DNA from: an uncultured Thermoleophilia bacterium
GTDB lineage: Bacteria > Actinomycetota > Thermoleophilia > UBA2241
Length of the DNA: 64,000 bases
Direction of reading: 5' to 3'
NCBI GenBank assembly: GCA_963707855.1
Contig: CAVPRQ010000017.1
Location: 33,040 to 97,039, forward strand
Positions 39,448 to 48,687 of this stretch are shown piece by piece. Within the stretch, counting starts at the first letter, position 1. Each line of letters opens with the position of its first letter. The translations under genes and the position numbers were made by a program. The notes beneath the pieces were generated by a model, which searched no databases, was not told where the DNA came from, and saw only the letters and a program-made list of their open reading frames with translations.

Positions 39448-39674
39448 AAGCGCGCGGCAAGCGTGACCGACCGCAGGGCATGATCTGCTCCTCCAGTCTC
39501 AGTCAAGGCACCTCGACGTCGGGGTTGACCGATGGCAGGAGTGCGATCCGTTCAGCTCCATCGAGGGCTTCCCCCACCCGTTGTGCCACCACTCGGCGCT
39601 CGGCGACTTGAGCCCGGCGGAGTTCCGCGCCAAGATGGGCGATGCTCAGGCGGCCGTCGCGGTCGAGGGAGGTC

Positions 39675-41075
39675 ATGCAGTTCACGAGCTACAGCTTCCT
39701 GTTCGTCTTTCTCCCGGTGACCCTGCTCGTCTACTGGCTCCTGCCACGCCCGGCCTGGCGCCTCGCCTTCCTGACGCTCGCCTCCTACGTCTTCCTCGGC
39801 TACTACGACTGGCGCTTCGTCCCACTCATGATCGTCGTCGGCACGATCGACTGGGTCGCCGGGCTGGCGATCGCGCGCACCGAGAGCCGGCGACGGCGGC
39901 GCTGGATCCTCGCCGCCGCCCTGTCCGCCAGCGTCGCCATGCTCGCCTACTTCAAGTACCGCGGCTTCTTCCTCGACTCCCTGAACGGCCTCGGCGACGT
40001 CTTCGGCCTGGCAACGGACCTGCCGGCGCTCAGCGTCCTTCTGCCGGTCGGCCTGTCCTTCTACACCTTCAGTGCGATGTCGTACGTCATCGACGTGTAC
40101 CGCGGCAGCGTCGTGGCCACGCACAGCATCATCAGCTACTCGGCGTTCATCGCCATGTTCCCGCGGCTGACGGCGGGACCCATCCTCCGCTTCGGCGAGG
40201 TCGAGGGGCAATTCCGCCGCCTGCCGAGGCGGCTCAGCTCACCGCTGGCTGCGACGGGCCTCTACTTCTTCGCCTGCGGTATGGCGAAGAAGCTCCTCGT
40301 CGCCGACCTCATACTGCCCCACGTCAACCGCCTCTTCGGGCAATCGTCGCACCTGGAGCTGTTCTCCGGCTGGGCGGCCGCGTTGGGCTACACGATGCAG
40401 CTGTACTTCGACTTCTCCGGCTATTCCGACATGGCCGTCGGCCTCGCCTTCCTGCTCGGCGTCCGCTTTCCGCAGAACTTCGACTCGCCCTACAAGGCGG
40501 AGAACCCGTCCCAGTTCTGGCGCCGCTGGCACATGACGCTCTCCTTCTGGCTGCGCGACTACGTCTACTTCCCGCTCGGCGGCTCCCGCCGGGGCCTCGC
40601 GACGACGGTCCGCAACCTCATGCTGACCTTCCTGATCGCCGGCATCTGGCACGGCGCCGGTTGGACGTTCATCGTCTGGGGGCTGCTGCACGGCACCTAT
40701 CAGTCGGTGCACGTGCTCGCACGCCACGCAGGCCTGACGCCGCGCAACGCGTGGGTCAATCGGCTGCTGACCTTCGTCGCCGTCGTCGTGGCGTGGGTGT
40801 TCTTCCGCGCGCCGAGCCTCGGCGTCGCCGTCAACGTCCTGAAGGCCATGGTCGGCCTGAACGGCGTCGAGTCCCTCTACCAAGCCAAGATGCTCATCGG
40901 CTGGAACCTCACCCTCCTCATCGCGGCCGCGTTCGTCTGGGTGAACGTCATGCCGAACACGTGGGAGATCAAGGTCCAGCCGCGGCTTCGCCACGGCCTC
41001 GTCTTCGGGCTCCTGCTGGGCGCGGCGATACTGGCGATCAGCAATCCCAAACCGTTCCTCTACCTGCAGTTCTGA
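39675..41075 (+). CDS. MBOAT family O-acyltransferase (AlgI/DltB/PatA-like)
   Basis: ORF 39642..41075 read from ATG 39675 (GGGAGG upstream). MQFTSYSFLFVFLPVTLLVYWLL..., LPVGLSFYTFSAMSYVIDVYRG, FWRRWHMTLSFWLRDYVYFPLGGSR, GIWHGAGWTFIVWGLLHG. Uninterrupted. Confidence 0.88.
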   Translation: MQFTSYSFLFVFLPVTLLVYWLLPRPAWRLAFLTLASYVFLGYYDWRFVPLMIVVGTIDWVAGLAIARTESRRRRRWILAAALSASVAMLAYFKYRGFFLDSLNGLGDVFGLATDLPALSVLLPVGLSFYTFSAMSYVIDVYRGSVVATHSIISYSAFIAMFPRLTAGPILRFGEVEGQFRRLPRRLSSPLAATGLYFFACGMAKKLLVADLILPHVNRLFGQSSHLELFSGWAAALGYTMQLYFDFSGYSDMAVGLAFLLGVRFPQNFDSPYKAENPSQFWRRWHMTLSFWLRDYVYFPLGGSRRGLATTVRNLMLTFLIAGIWHGAGWTFIVWGLLHGTYQSVHVLARHAGLTPRNAWVNRLLTFVAVVVAWVFFRAPSLGVAVNVLKAMVGLNGVESLYQAKMLIGWNLTLLIAAAFVWVNVMPNTWEIKVQPRLRHGLVFGLLLGAAILAISNPKPFLYLQF

Positions 41076-42214
41076 TGGTCGATCGCATCATCCAAGACGG
41101 CGAAGCAGCGCCCGTGGAGTCGCCGCAGATCATGCCGGCGAGCGCCGAAAGCTGGAGCACAGGGCGACGCGGCTCCCCCGGGACTGACGCCGCCGAGACC
41201 AGCCTCTCCAGCACCGGCCACCCGCGGCGCTTTCTCATCGCGCTCCTGGTCGCCGGGGCCGCGCTCATGCTGCTGGTCGCCGCCTTCAACCTGGTCACCG
41301 ATACGACCGGCTTGTTCGGCATTGGACTCTTTCCGCCCCGCGTCGCACAGGATCGCACCCTCAAAGCCGACCGGCTGGCGGCGCTGCCCGCCGCGCCCGA
41401 GCTCCTGATCTTCGGCTCGTCGCGCGGCTGGCAGGCGGAGGCCTCGTACGTACAGGGCCTTACCGGACGCCGCACCTTCAACGCCGCGGTCACCGCCGGG
41501 CGCGCCTCCGACGCCTACGTGTTCACGCGCCTGAACCGCGATCTCTGGCCCGGCACGCGCCCGGACTACCTCTGGTTGCTCGACGTCGAGGCCTTCCAAC
41601 GCGGCGCGCTGGCGCCATCGGTCCTCGCGGACGCACGCTTCAGAAGGTACCTGCCCGTGCGCACCCGCGCGGAGGAGATGCTCGGCCAGGCCGACCGGCT
41701 GTTCTCGTGGCGCGGCCTGAGGGAGTCCTTGTCGGTGTGGCGCACGCATCCCAGCTGGGAGAAGATCGAGGCGGGCTGGCGACAGCGCATGGCGGCCGAC
41801 GGCACCGTGACCGCCAAGGCGGACGCTGAGGCGCGCGTGACGCCCGAGAAGCTCTCAGTGTGGAGCGCGGCGGCGAGGAGACGGTATAGGCAGTTCGACA
41901 GCCTGAGCCCGGACGAGCAGCGCTACCTCGAGCAGACGCTGGCGTTGTTCGCCTCGTGGGGCGGTGATGGCGTCATCGTCCTCACGCCCACGCAGCCCCA
42001 GGTGCTGGCCGCGCTCAAGGAGGGCGACTGGCAGCAGCGGCACGACGACGTGCTGGCTCTGCTCGAACGGCTCGGTAGGCGCTACCACTTCACCGTGGTC
42101 GACCTTTCGAGCATCGAGTCGTTCGGGGGGTCGCCGGAGGGCTTCTTCGATCCCTTCCACATGACGCGCTCGAACCAGAGGCGCATGATCGAGGCCGCGC
42201 TGGCCGCCGAGTGA
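41075..42214 (+). CDS. DltD/AlgJ-like SGNH-type partner of the MBOAT (N-terminal TM anchor)
   Basis: ATG 41075 overlaps the MBOAT stop (TGATG); this is the C-terminal part of ORF 39581..42214. TM helix FLIALLVAGAALMLLVAAF, then ELLIFGSSRG (Ser nucleophile context) and C-terminal GFFDPFHMT (Asp-x-x-His). Confidence 0.62.
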   Translation: MVDRIIQDGEAAPVESPQIMPASAESWSTGRRGSPGTDAAETSLSSTGHPRRFLIALLVAGAALMLLVAAFNLVTDTTGLFGIGLFPPRVAQDRTLKADRLAALPAAPELLIFGSSRGWQAEASYVQGLTGRRTFNAAVTAGRASDAYVFTRLNRDLWPGTRPDYLWLLDVEAFQRGALAPSVLADARFRRYLPVRTRAEEMLGQADRLFSWRGLRESLSVWRTHPSWEKIEAGWRQRMAADGTVTAKADAEARVTPEKLSVWSAAARRRYRQFDSLSPDEQRYLEQTLALFASWGGDGVIVLTPTQPQVLAALKEGDWQQRHDDVLALLERLGRRYHFTVVDLSSIESFGGSPEGFFDPFHMTRSNQRRMIEAALAAE

Positions 42215-42430
42215 GTCGCGCTGGAGCTGGAGCTGGGCTTGGGCCTGACCCGCTCTCGTTGATCCCCTGCGACTGGACCGATCGTCGCTCAAGAGGCAGT
42301 CGACGTGGCGCACGCGGCGGAGTTCAGACCGGTCCGCCGCAAGGTCGCCGCCTCTGGACCCCAGGCGGAACCGCAGGTCATGCCCCAGAAGCGCGCGCCT
42401 TCCCGGCCGCGGTCACCGCCCGCGGCGGGC

Positions 42431-44270
42431 CTACTCCTCGATCCGATGGGCGCGGCGACGGCGCCACAGCATGATGAGCGCGATCACGAGCGCCGCCGCG
42501 GCGACACCGACGACCCCCCAGATCCACGGCGTGCCGGAGCTCGACGATGCCGTCGCCGCCGTCTTCGGCTGCAGGTCCTGGTAGGTCGTGCGGATCATGT
42601 TCCAGAACGGGGCCCCTTCCGGTCCGGGCGCGCTCACGTACCCCGACCACCGGTCGGTCCGGTAGGCCGCCAGGTTGACGTTGTACCAGAGCACGATGTC
42701 GGGGCAGTCGCGGTGGATGATCTCCTGCATCGCGAAGACGATCGCCTGCCGCTTGCTCAGGTCACTGGGGTTCGCGGGGTCGAGAGCCTGGGCCTGCTGG
42801 TCGTAGAGCGCGTCGTACTCGGGATTGGAGTACTGGTTCATGCTGTTGTTCATGATCTGCGTCGTGGTGTACGTGGAGAGCATGAACCCCGGGTCGATGT
42901 CGCCGCCCCAGCTCCAGATGAACAGGTCGTAGTTGGCGTTGTCGTAGAACTGGTCGTAGAAGGCGCCCTCCGCCATCTGGTCGAGCTTCAACTTGATGCC
43001 GACGTCGCGGCACCACCCCACGATCATCTTGGCGGCGCTGAGGTCCTCCGGATACTCGTTCAGGGCGACGAAGCGGAAGGCGAGCGGCTCGCCGCCCGGC
43101 GCCTCGCGCACGCCGTCGCCGTTGCTCGTCGACGTAGCCGGCCGCTTCGAGGATCTGCTTGGCCTTCTCGGGGTCGTAGCTGTAGGCCTGGTCGGCCGGC
43201 GGCGTCCACTGCCAGAAGGGCTGAGCCGGGCCGAACATCGCCGCGCCCGTCACGGAGAGCCCGCCCATCGAGATGGTGTTGATCTTCTCCCTGTCGATCG
43301 CCCAGGCGACCGCCTGGCGGATGTTCACGTCGCGCGTCAGCGGATTGCCCTTCGAATCGGGCGAATCCCAGCAGTTGAAGCTGAGCTGGTGGAAGCCGAT
43401 CGCCGGCCCGGCGTCGACGGCGGTGCCCGGCATGTCCTTGAGGGTCTCGTAGTCGAGGGCCGTGAACGAGCTGATGGCGTCGAGGGTGCCGGCCTTGTAG
43501 TCGGCGACCATGGTGTCGACGGTCTGGTAGATCTCGAAGCGCACGGTCTGGATGTTGGGCGGCCCGCCGAGCGCCTCGGGATAGTCCGGGTTGGCCTCGA
43601 GCGTCGTCCAGTGGCTCTTCTTGACCTCCGTCACGCGAAACGGGCCCGAGCCGACGAACGGCAGGTTCTTGAAGTAGTCGAGCTTGTCGGGATCGACCTT
43701 GCTCCAGACGTGCTCGGGCAGGATCGGGATGTACAGCGCCAGCATGCCGGAGTTGGGCTTCTCGGTCGCGATCACGACGGTGAGGTCGTCGGGCGCCGTC
43801 ACGCTGGTCACGCCCACCAGGTACTGGATGTACATCCAATGCTGCGTGTCGAGGATCAGGTTGTAGGTGAAAGCGACATCGCGCGCGGTCAGCGGCCGGC
43901 CGTCGCTCCACTTGAGGTCCGGGCGCAGGTGGAAGGTCCAGCGCAGGGCATCGGAGCTGACCTCCCAGCTCTCGGCGGCGTCGGGCACGGGCTTGTAGTC
44001 GCCGTCGTACCAGGTGAGGAAGTTGTAGCCGAGACGGAAGCTCTCCCACGCGATCGAGCTCTGGGAGCTGAAGGGGTTCATACCGTCGACGACGTCCTGG
44101 GCGATGCCGATGCGATAGACCAGCTCGCCGCTCGACGGCGACGCGGAGGGCGTCGGCGAGGCGCTCCAGGCGGCGCCCGCCGCTGCGCTCCCGATCACGA
44201 GACACACGAGCGAGGCGGCGACCGCCTTCAGCGGCAGCCTGAGAACCTGACGGAACGGATGCTCGAACAT
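42431..44270 (-). CDS. ABC transporter substrate-binding protein, family 5, with C-terminal TM anchor; 1 frame break
   Basis: Join of 42762..44312 (from ATG 44270) with 42431..43111. First piece: MFEHPFRQVLRLPLKAVAASLVCLVIGSAAAGAAWSASP..., LRPDLKWSDGRPLTARDVAFTYN, FNCWDSPDSKGNPLTRDVNIRQAVAWAIDRE. Second piece: ...WSWGGDIDPGFML... ending GTPWIWGVVGVAAAALVIALIMLWRRRRAHRIEE*. Break near 43110. Confidence 0.82.
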
Positions 44271-44654
44271 GGCCCCCCCTTGACTGGCATCACGTGACCC
44301 GGCGCTTCTCATGCTACTCCCGTCGACGACTGGTTGGCACGGGTCTTGGCTTGGTCGGCTCCCGTCCTCAAGACGGCTCTGAGTGATGGGGGCACCGCGT
44401 GTCGGTCATCGCCGTCGCGTCGATCATGTCGGAGCCACCGTCGCCCGGCAAGCGGAGCCGCGTCCTGAAGTGCCACGCACCTGCCGGAGCCGCAGTGGCA
44501 AGGATGTGCCGGAGCCGCACAGGGGTCTTGGGGACGCTGGGGCACGGCATCGAGTACACCTCGCCGACAGGCGAGGACAGAGTCGGTCGCCACCCGGGCC
44601 ACGGACGGGCACGGTCCATGCGGCTCGGCGCGCTCTCGGCGGGGATGAAGACGG

Positions 44655-44683
44655 TTGACAGTCGACAGTCACCCCCATAGCAT
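44655..44683 (+). promoter_or_regulatory. Sigma-70-like promoter (TTGACA-17 nt-TAGCAT) upstream of the saccharopine-dehydrogenase-like gene
   Basis: TTGACA at 44655-44660, a 17-nt spacer, and TAGCAT at 44678-44683, within a locally AT-richer stretch. This leaves a leader of about 135 nt containing a bulged hairpin, CTCCCG-A-CCCC-TCATC-GGGG-CA-CGGGAG, at 44710-44737. Confidence 0.45.
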
Positions 44684-44820
44684 CCCCGACGAAGGATGCA
44701 ACAGGGCCTCTCCCGACCCCTCATCGGGGCACGGGAGCGGAATCGTCCTGACTGTTCCTGCGCGACTGGCGGCACCTGCCCGGCTGGCGGTGGGAGTGGG
44801 GGACCGCAAGGGAGGAAGTC

Positions 44821-46056
44821 ATGAAAGTCCTCATCGTAGGCGCGGGAGCGCAGGGTCACGTCGTCACCTGGAACCTGGCCCGCTGTCCGGAGATCTCCAG
44901 GATCGTCCTCGGCGATGTCGACGAAGCGCGGGCGCGCGCGGTCGCCGACCAGGTGGGCGGCGGCAAGACCGAGGCGATCGCCCTCGACGCCTCCGACGTC
45001 GAGGCGGTCAAGAAGGCGGCGGCCGGCTGCAAGCTGGTGATGAACGCCACGATCCCCGAGTTCAACATGGCGATCGCCGAGGCTTGTCTGGCCGTCGGCG
45101 TCAGCTACCAGGACATGGCGACCGGCACGCTGATCGACAAGACGATCGACGAGGCCACACTGGCCCAGTTCGAGCTTGACGGCGAGTTCAAGAAGGCCGG
45201 CCTGACGATGCTCTCCTGCACCGGCATGGACCCCGGCGTCAGCAGCACCTTCGCCGGCAACGCCTACGAGGACCTCGACGTCTGCACCGACATCCACATC
45301 AGGGACTACGCGGTCCTCGAGAGCCCCGTGCCGCTGCAGATGTGGTCGGTGTGGACGTACTACACGGACTGCGCCACGCCGCCGCTGACCTTCCAGGACG
45401 GCAAGTACAAGCGCGAGCAGCCGTTCGGGCTGCGCGAGTACTACGAGTTCCCGGCGCCGTTCGGCCGCGGTTGCGTGATCGCGCACGACCACGAGGAGCT
45501 CTCGACGCTCCCGCGCTTCCTGCCCAGGCACTTCGGAGACAAGGGCCTGAAGAACGTCACCTTCAAGCTCGGCATGGACGAAGCGGCAGTCAACGCCGAC
45601 GAGGCGTTCGTGGCCAGCGGCATGGCGAGCAAGGAGCCCGTGCTGGTGAACGGGGTCATGGTCCGGCCCATCGACGTCTACTGCGCCACGCTGTCCCCGA
45701 ACCCCGCGCCGGCCGAGATGAAGCGCCTGGTCGAGGCCGGAGAGATCCAGGACTACGGCATCATCCTCTGCGACGCCTGGGGCGAGAAGGACGGCAAGCC
45801 GGCCAAGTGGAACTACTCCGTCTTCACGCCCACGATCCAGTGGATCACCGAGCGCATCCCCGGCGCCACGTCCGTCTCTTACGGGACCTCGACGCCGGCG
45901 TCGATCTACTCCGAGTTCATGGTCAAGGACATGGTCAAGCAGAAGGGCGTCGTCGTTCCCGAGATCCTCGATCGCCCGGTCCGCGACGCCTTCATCCAGG
46001 AACTCGGCAACCGCGGCCTGCGGGTCACCCGCAGCTTCGAGACGCAGATCAACTGA
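44821..46056 (+). CDS. Saccharopine dehydrogenase family NAD(P)-binding protein
   Basis: Uninterrupted 411-aa ORF with AAGGGAGGAAG upstream. MKVLIVGAGAQGHVVTWNLARCPEISRIVLGDVDEARARAVADQVG (Rossmann fold), NATIPEFNMAIAEACLAVGVSYQD. Confidence 0.82.
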   Translation: MKVLIVGAGAQGHVVTWNLARCPEISRIVLGDVDEARARAVADQVGGGKTEAIALDASDVEAVKKAAAGCKLVMNATIPEFNMAIAEACLAVGVSYQDMATGTLIDKTIDEATLAQFELDGEFKKAGLTMLSCTGMDPGVSSTFAGNAYEDLDVCTDIHIRDYAVLESPVPLQMWSVWTYYTDCATPPLTFQDGKYKREQPFGLREYYEFPAPFGRGCVIAHDHEELSTLPRFLPRHFGDKGLKNVTFKLGMDEAAVNADEAFVASGMASKEPVLVNGVMVRPIDVYCATLSPNPAPAEMKRLVEAGEIQDYGIILCDAWGEKDGKPAKWNYSVFTPTIQWITERIPGATSVSYGTSTPASIYSEFMVKDMVKQKGVVVPEILDRPVRDAFIQELGNRGLRVTRSFETQIN

Positions 46057-46133
46057 CACGGAATCACGGTCGTCAGGTGGTGGCCGTCCTACTTCCCTGC
46101 GACCGTGAGGGACAGGTCGTTGGAGGTGTGATG

Positions 46134-46170
46134 GACGTCGCCGCGAGCGCGCCGCGCTCGCGGCGACGTC
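46134..46170. terminator. Perfect 37-nt palindrome (18-bp arms) in the convergent intergenic region; hairpin/terminator-like
   Basis: gacgtcgccgcgagcgcg-c-cgcgctcgcggcgacgtc, followed by tt. It lies between the stop of 44821..46056 (+) and the stop of 46258..48381 (-). No long U tract. Confidence 0.5.
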
Positions 46171-46257
46171 TTGCCAGGCGGATCAGCCGTCCCTGACCGT
46201 CAGGCTCCTGCACCAGGCGGCCAACTGTTGGTGCAGCTTCAGACCGCGCCGCCGGTC

Positions 46258-48381
46258 TCACTCCGGTGAGACGACGACCGGCGTGCTCTCGGTACCCTCG
46301 ACCTCGCGTCGCCACGCGGCTCGCTTACCGACGCGCGCGCGCAGTTGCCAGCGCCGCGTCTTCTGCTCGTCCTCGATGGCCTCGAGGGCGGCCGTGACGC
46401 GCCCGTAGACGCGCGCGCGTTCCTCCTCCGAGAGGCCGTAGTCACCGAGCCAGTCCAGGACGATCCGCAGGTTCGTCGTGATGTCGGTGTAGAGGCCCCA
46501 GTCCGCGGCGCACACCTCGGCGAGGTAGGGGACGTAGATCGACAGGTCGTCGTCGATCTCGCGCAGGGGCAGATCCTTGAACAGGGCGATGATGTCGTGG
46601 ATGTCCTTCTGGTTGATCCTGCCGATCTGCGCCTTGGCGATGAGGGCGTCGACCGGCGAGATCGCGTACTCGTCGAGCTCCAGCCGGTCGCGGATGTCGA
46701 TGTCGTGGTCCATCCTCATGACGTCGAGGAAGACGTCGACATGGTCGACGAGGGACCTGGCGGACGCTCTCACGTCGTCGGGCGCCTCCACGCCGTCGGG
46801 CCCCGCGGCTTCCTCGGGCGCCGCCATTGCTTCGGGCGCCACCCCTTCGTCGGGCGCCTCCAGGCGTTCGGGCGGCGCGGCGCGAAGCGCCTCCTTCCTC
46901 ACGAACTGCAGCTGCGCCCCAACGGTCGCGTGGCTGACGTAGCGGTTCTCGACGTAGCCGAGATCGCTCATGACCCCAGACAGCGCCTCCCTCTGCTCCG
47001 AGAGGCCGATGAGGTCGACGTCCGAGTACTCGCGGTCCATGAACTCGAGGTCGATGCAGTGGCGGCGTATGGCGAGGCCGCCGGCGAGCCGTACGTCCAC
47101 GCCGGCGCGGTAGGCCGCGTCGATGATCGCCATGGCCTCGCTCATCAGGCGGTCGGCCCGGCGACCCGGCCTGTGATACCACCTGAGCCACGACTTCTGC
47201 GGCTCGCCCGCCGGCACCTCGTCGGCGCCGCCGACGATGGACTCGATGGGCTCCTCGATGGCGTCGAGGATGGACGGCGCCACCCAGAGACGAGGGCGGC
47301 TCGCGCCCGGTACCGGCACGAGCAGGCCGGCGTCCTTGAGCCGCGCCACGGCCCGCCGGGCCGCGCCGTCGCCCACCCTCAGCGTGCGCCGTGCCTCGGG
47401 CACCGACGTGTACGGCGACACGAAGAGCTCGTCCACGAGCTCGTGCAGCCTCTCGTCGCTCTGCACCCGGTAACGGGCGTACTCGCGGATCAGCGTGCGC
47501 GCCTGCGCGTAGGCGCGTTCCGCCGTCTCGCGCACCCCGTCGAGGAAGAAGAGCAGCCAGGGCAGCCACTCGCCGTGCGTGTGCACGCGCTGGAGCAGAG
47601 CGTAGTAGTCGCGACGATGCGCCTCGAGGTAGGCCGACAGGTACAGGAGTGGTTGAGAGAGCCGTCCGCGCTCGGCGAGGAAGAGCGCGATGATGATGCG
47701 GCCCAGCCGCCCGTTACCGCCGATGAACGGGTGGATGGACTCGAACTGCGCGTGGACCATCGCGCACTGCACGAGGTCGGGCAGCCGGCCACGCTCGCCC
47801 ATGAAGACGTCGAGCTGCCGCAGCCGGGCGTGCATCTGCGGGAGCGGCGGAGGCACGTAGGTGGCGTCGGCCAGGGTCGACCCAGGCGGCCCGATCCAGT
47901 TCTGCGTGGTCCTGAACTCGCCCGGCGCCGTGGCCGTGGCCGGCTCGCCGCGCGAGAGGCGCTCGTGCAGGCTGCGGATCAGATCCAGATCGAGCGGGTG
48001 CGAGACGAGAGACTCGATCCCGTACATGAGGGTCGCGAGCGCGTTCCACACGCGGTCGACCTGGATGAGGCGGGGGCCGGCGGGCGTCGCGGAGACCTCG
48101 CGGAGCAGCAGCTCCGTGAGGGTCACGTCGGCGCCCTCGATCCGCGAGCAGAACAGCGCCTCCTGGCGCAGGAACGGCGCCGTCAGCACCGCTGGATCGG
48201 GCAGACTGGCGCCGAGCCCGGAGAGCGCGCCCAGGGCGGCGTCGGCGCGCGACAACGCCACGACGAGCTCCCTCGTGAAGGTCAGCTTGGGCGGCAGCGG
48301 CGCCGGCACGAAGGCGGCGTGACCCTCGGGGCAGGTGACGACCCGCCCTGCCTTCGATGCCTTGAACTCGCTGGCGTCCAT
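46258..48381 (-). CDS. Fic-domain protein (Fic_N + Fic + wHTH) fused to a C-terminal nucleotidyltransferase-fold domain
   Basis: Uninterrupted 707-aa ORF. N-terminal helix ...RQEALFCSRIEGADVT, Fic motif HPFIGGNGRLGR (aa 217-228), wHTH-like ...[18 protein letters not shown] (aa ~340-360). Then comes VDVRLAGGLAIRRHCIDLEFMDREYSDVDLIGL (G-G ... D-x-D) and later HVDVFLD, consistent with a minimal NTase fold. Confidence 0.75.
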   Translation of the reverse strand: MDASEFKASKAGRVVTCPEGHAAFVPAPLPPKLTFTRELVVALSRADAALGALSGLGASLPDPAVLTAPFLRQEALFCSRIEGADVTLTELLLREVSATPAGPRLIQVDRVWNALATLMYGIESLVSHPLDLDLIRSLHERLSRGEPATATAPGEFRTTQNWIGPPGSTLADATYVPPPLPQMHARLRQLDVFMGERGRLPDLVQCAMVHAQFESIHPFIGGNGRLGRIIIALFLAERGRLSQPLLYLSAYLEAHRRDYYALLQRVHTHGEWLPWLLFFLDGVRETAERAYAQARTLIREYARYRVQSDERLHELVDELFVSPYTSVPEARRTLRVGDGAARRAVARLKDAGLLVPVPGASRPRLWVAPSILDAIEEPIESIVGGADEVPAGEPQKSWLRWYHRPGRRADRLMSEAMAIIDAAYRAGVDVRLAGGLAIRRHCIDLEFMDREYSDVDLIGLSEQREALSGVMSDLGYVENRYVSHATVGAQLQFVRKEALRAAPPERLEAPDEGVAPEAMAAPEEAAGPDGVEAPDDVRASARSLVDHVDVFLDVMRMDHDIDIRDRLELDEYAISPVDALIAKAQIGRINQKDIHDIIALFKDLPLREIDDDLSIYVPYLAEVCAADWGLYTDITTNLRIVLDWLGDYGLSEEERARVYGRVTAALEAIEDEQKTRRWQLRARVGKRAAWRREVEGTESTPVVVSPE

Positions 48382-48390
48382 CGCGCCGGG

Positions 48391-48543
48391 TCAGGCCCTC
48401 GTCCAAAGGCCGACCGCGGTGCCGAACTGCCGCCCCGTCTCCCTGAGTTCGCTGCTCAGCAGCTCGCGGTGGAGCTGCGCCAGACGCTGCCCTCGATGGC
48501 GGATGGCGGTGACGGAGGCGACCAGACGCTCACTCAGCCCCAC
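48391..48543 (-). pseudogene. Truncated 5' fragment of a holin-X paralogue
   Basis: GTG 48543 after GAGGGGGGAG. VGLSERLVASVTAIRHRGQRLAQLHRELLSSELRETGRQFGTAVGL aligns with MTLRERLVASVTDIRDRGQRLARLNRELLVSELKEKGRRFGAAIAL of 38741..39247. Similarity ends near 48405, before any TM helix, with a stop at 48391. The Fic ATG follows at 48381. Confidence 0.65.
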
Positions 48544-48687
48544 GCTCCCCCCTCTTCCCCGGCTGACTGGCATCTCACGGCGATCCACCGCGTCTGACCA
48601 GGACCTGCGGAGGTAGCACTCATGCATCGCGCCCCTCGTGAGACGGCCCTCGATCGCGCAGCGCCGCGCGACGGACGAGCGGCTCCA

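Noticed and set aside
39404-39495. A complete tRNA, tRNA-Sec or tmRNA gene on the minus strand.
   Set aside because: Only the T arm, the 3' acceptor strand and CCA are present. No complementary 5' acceptor strand (GCTCCCG) exists, the putative anticodon stem does not pair, and there is no tmRNA-like GGGG 5' end nearby. I kept it only as a tRNA-like fragment.
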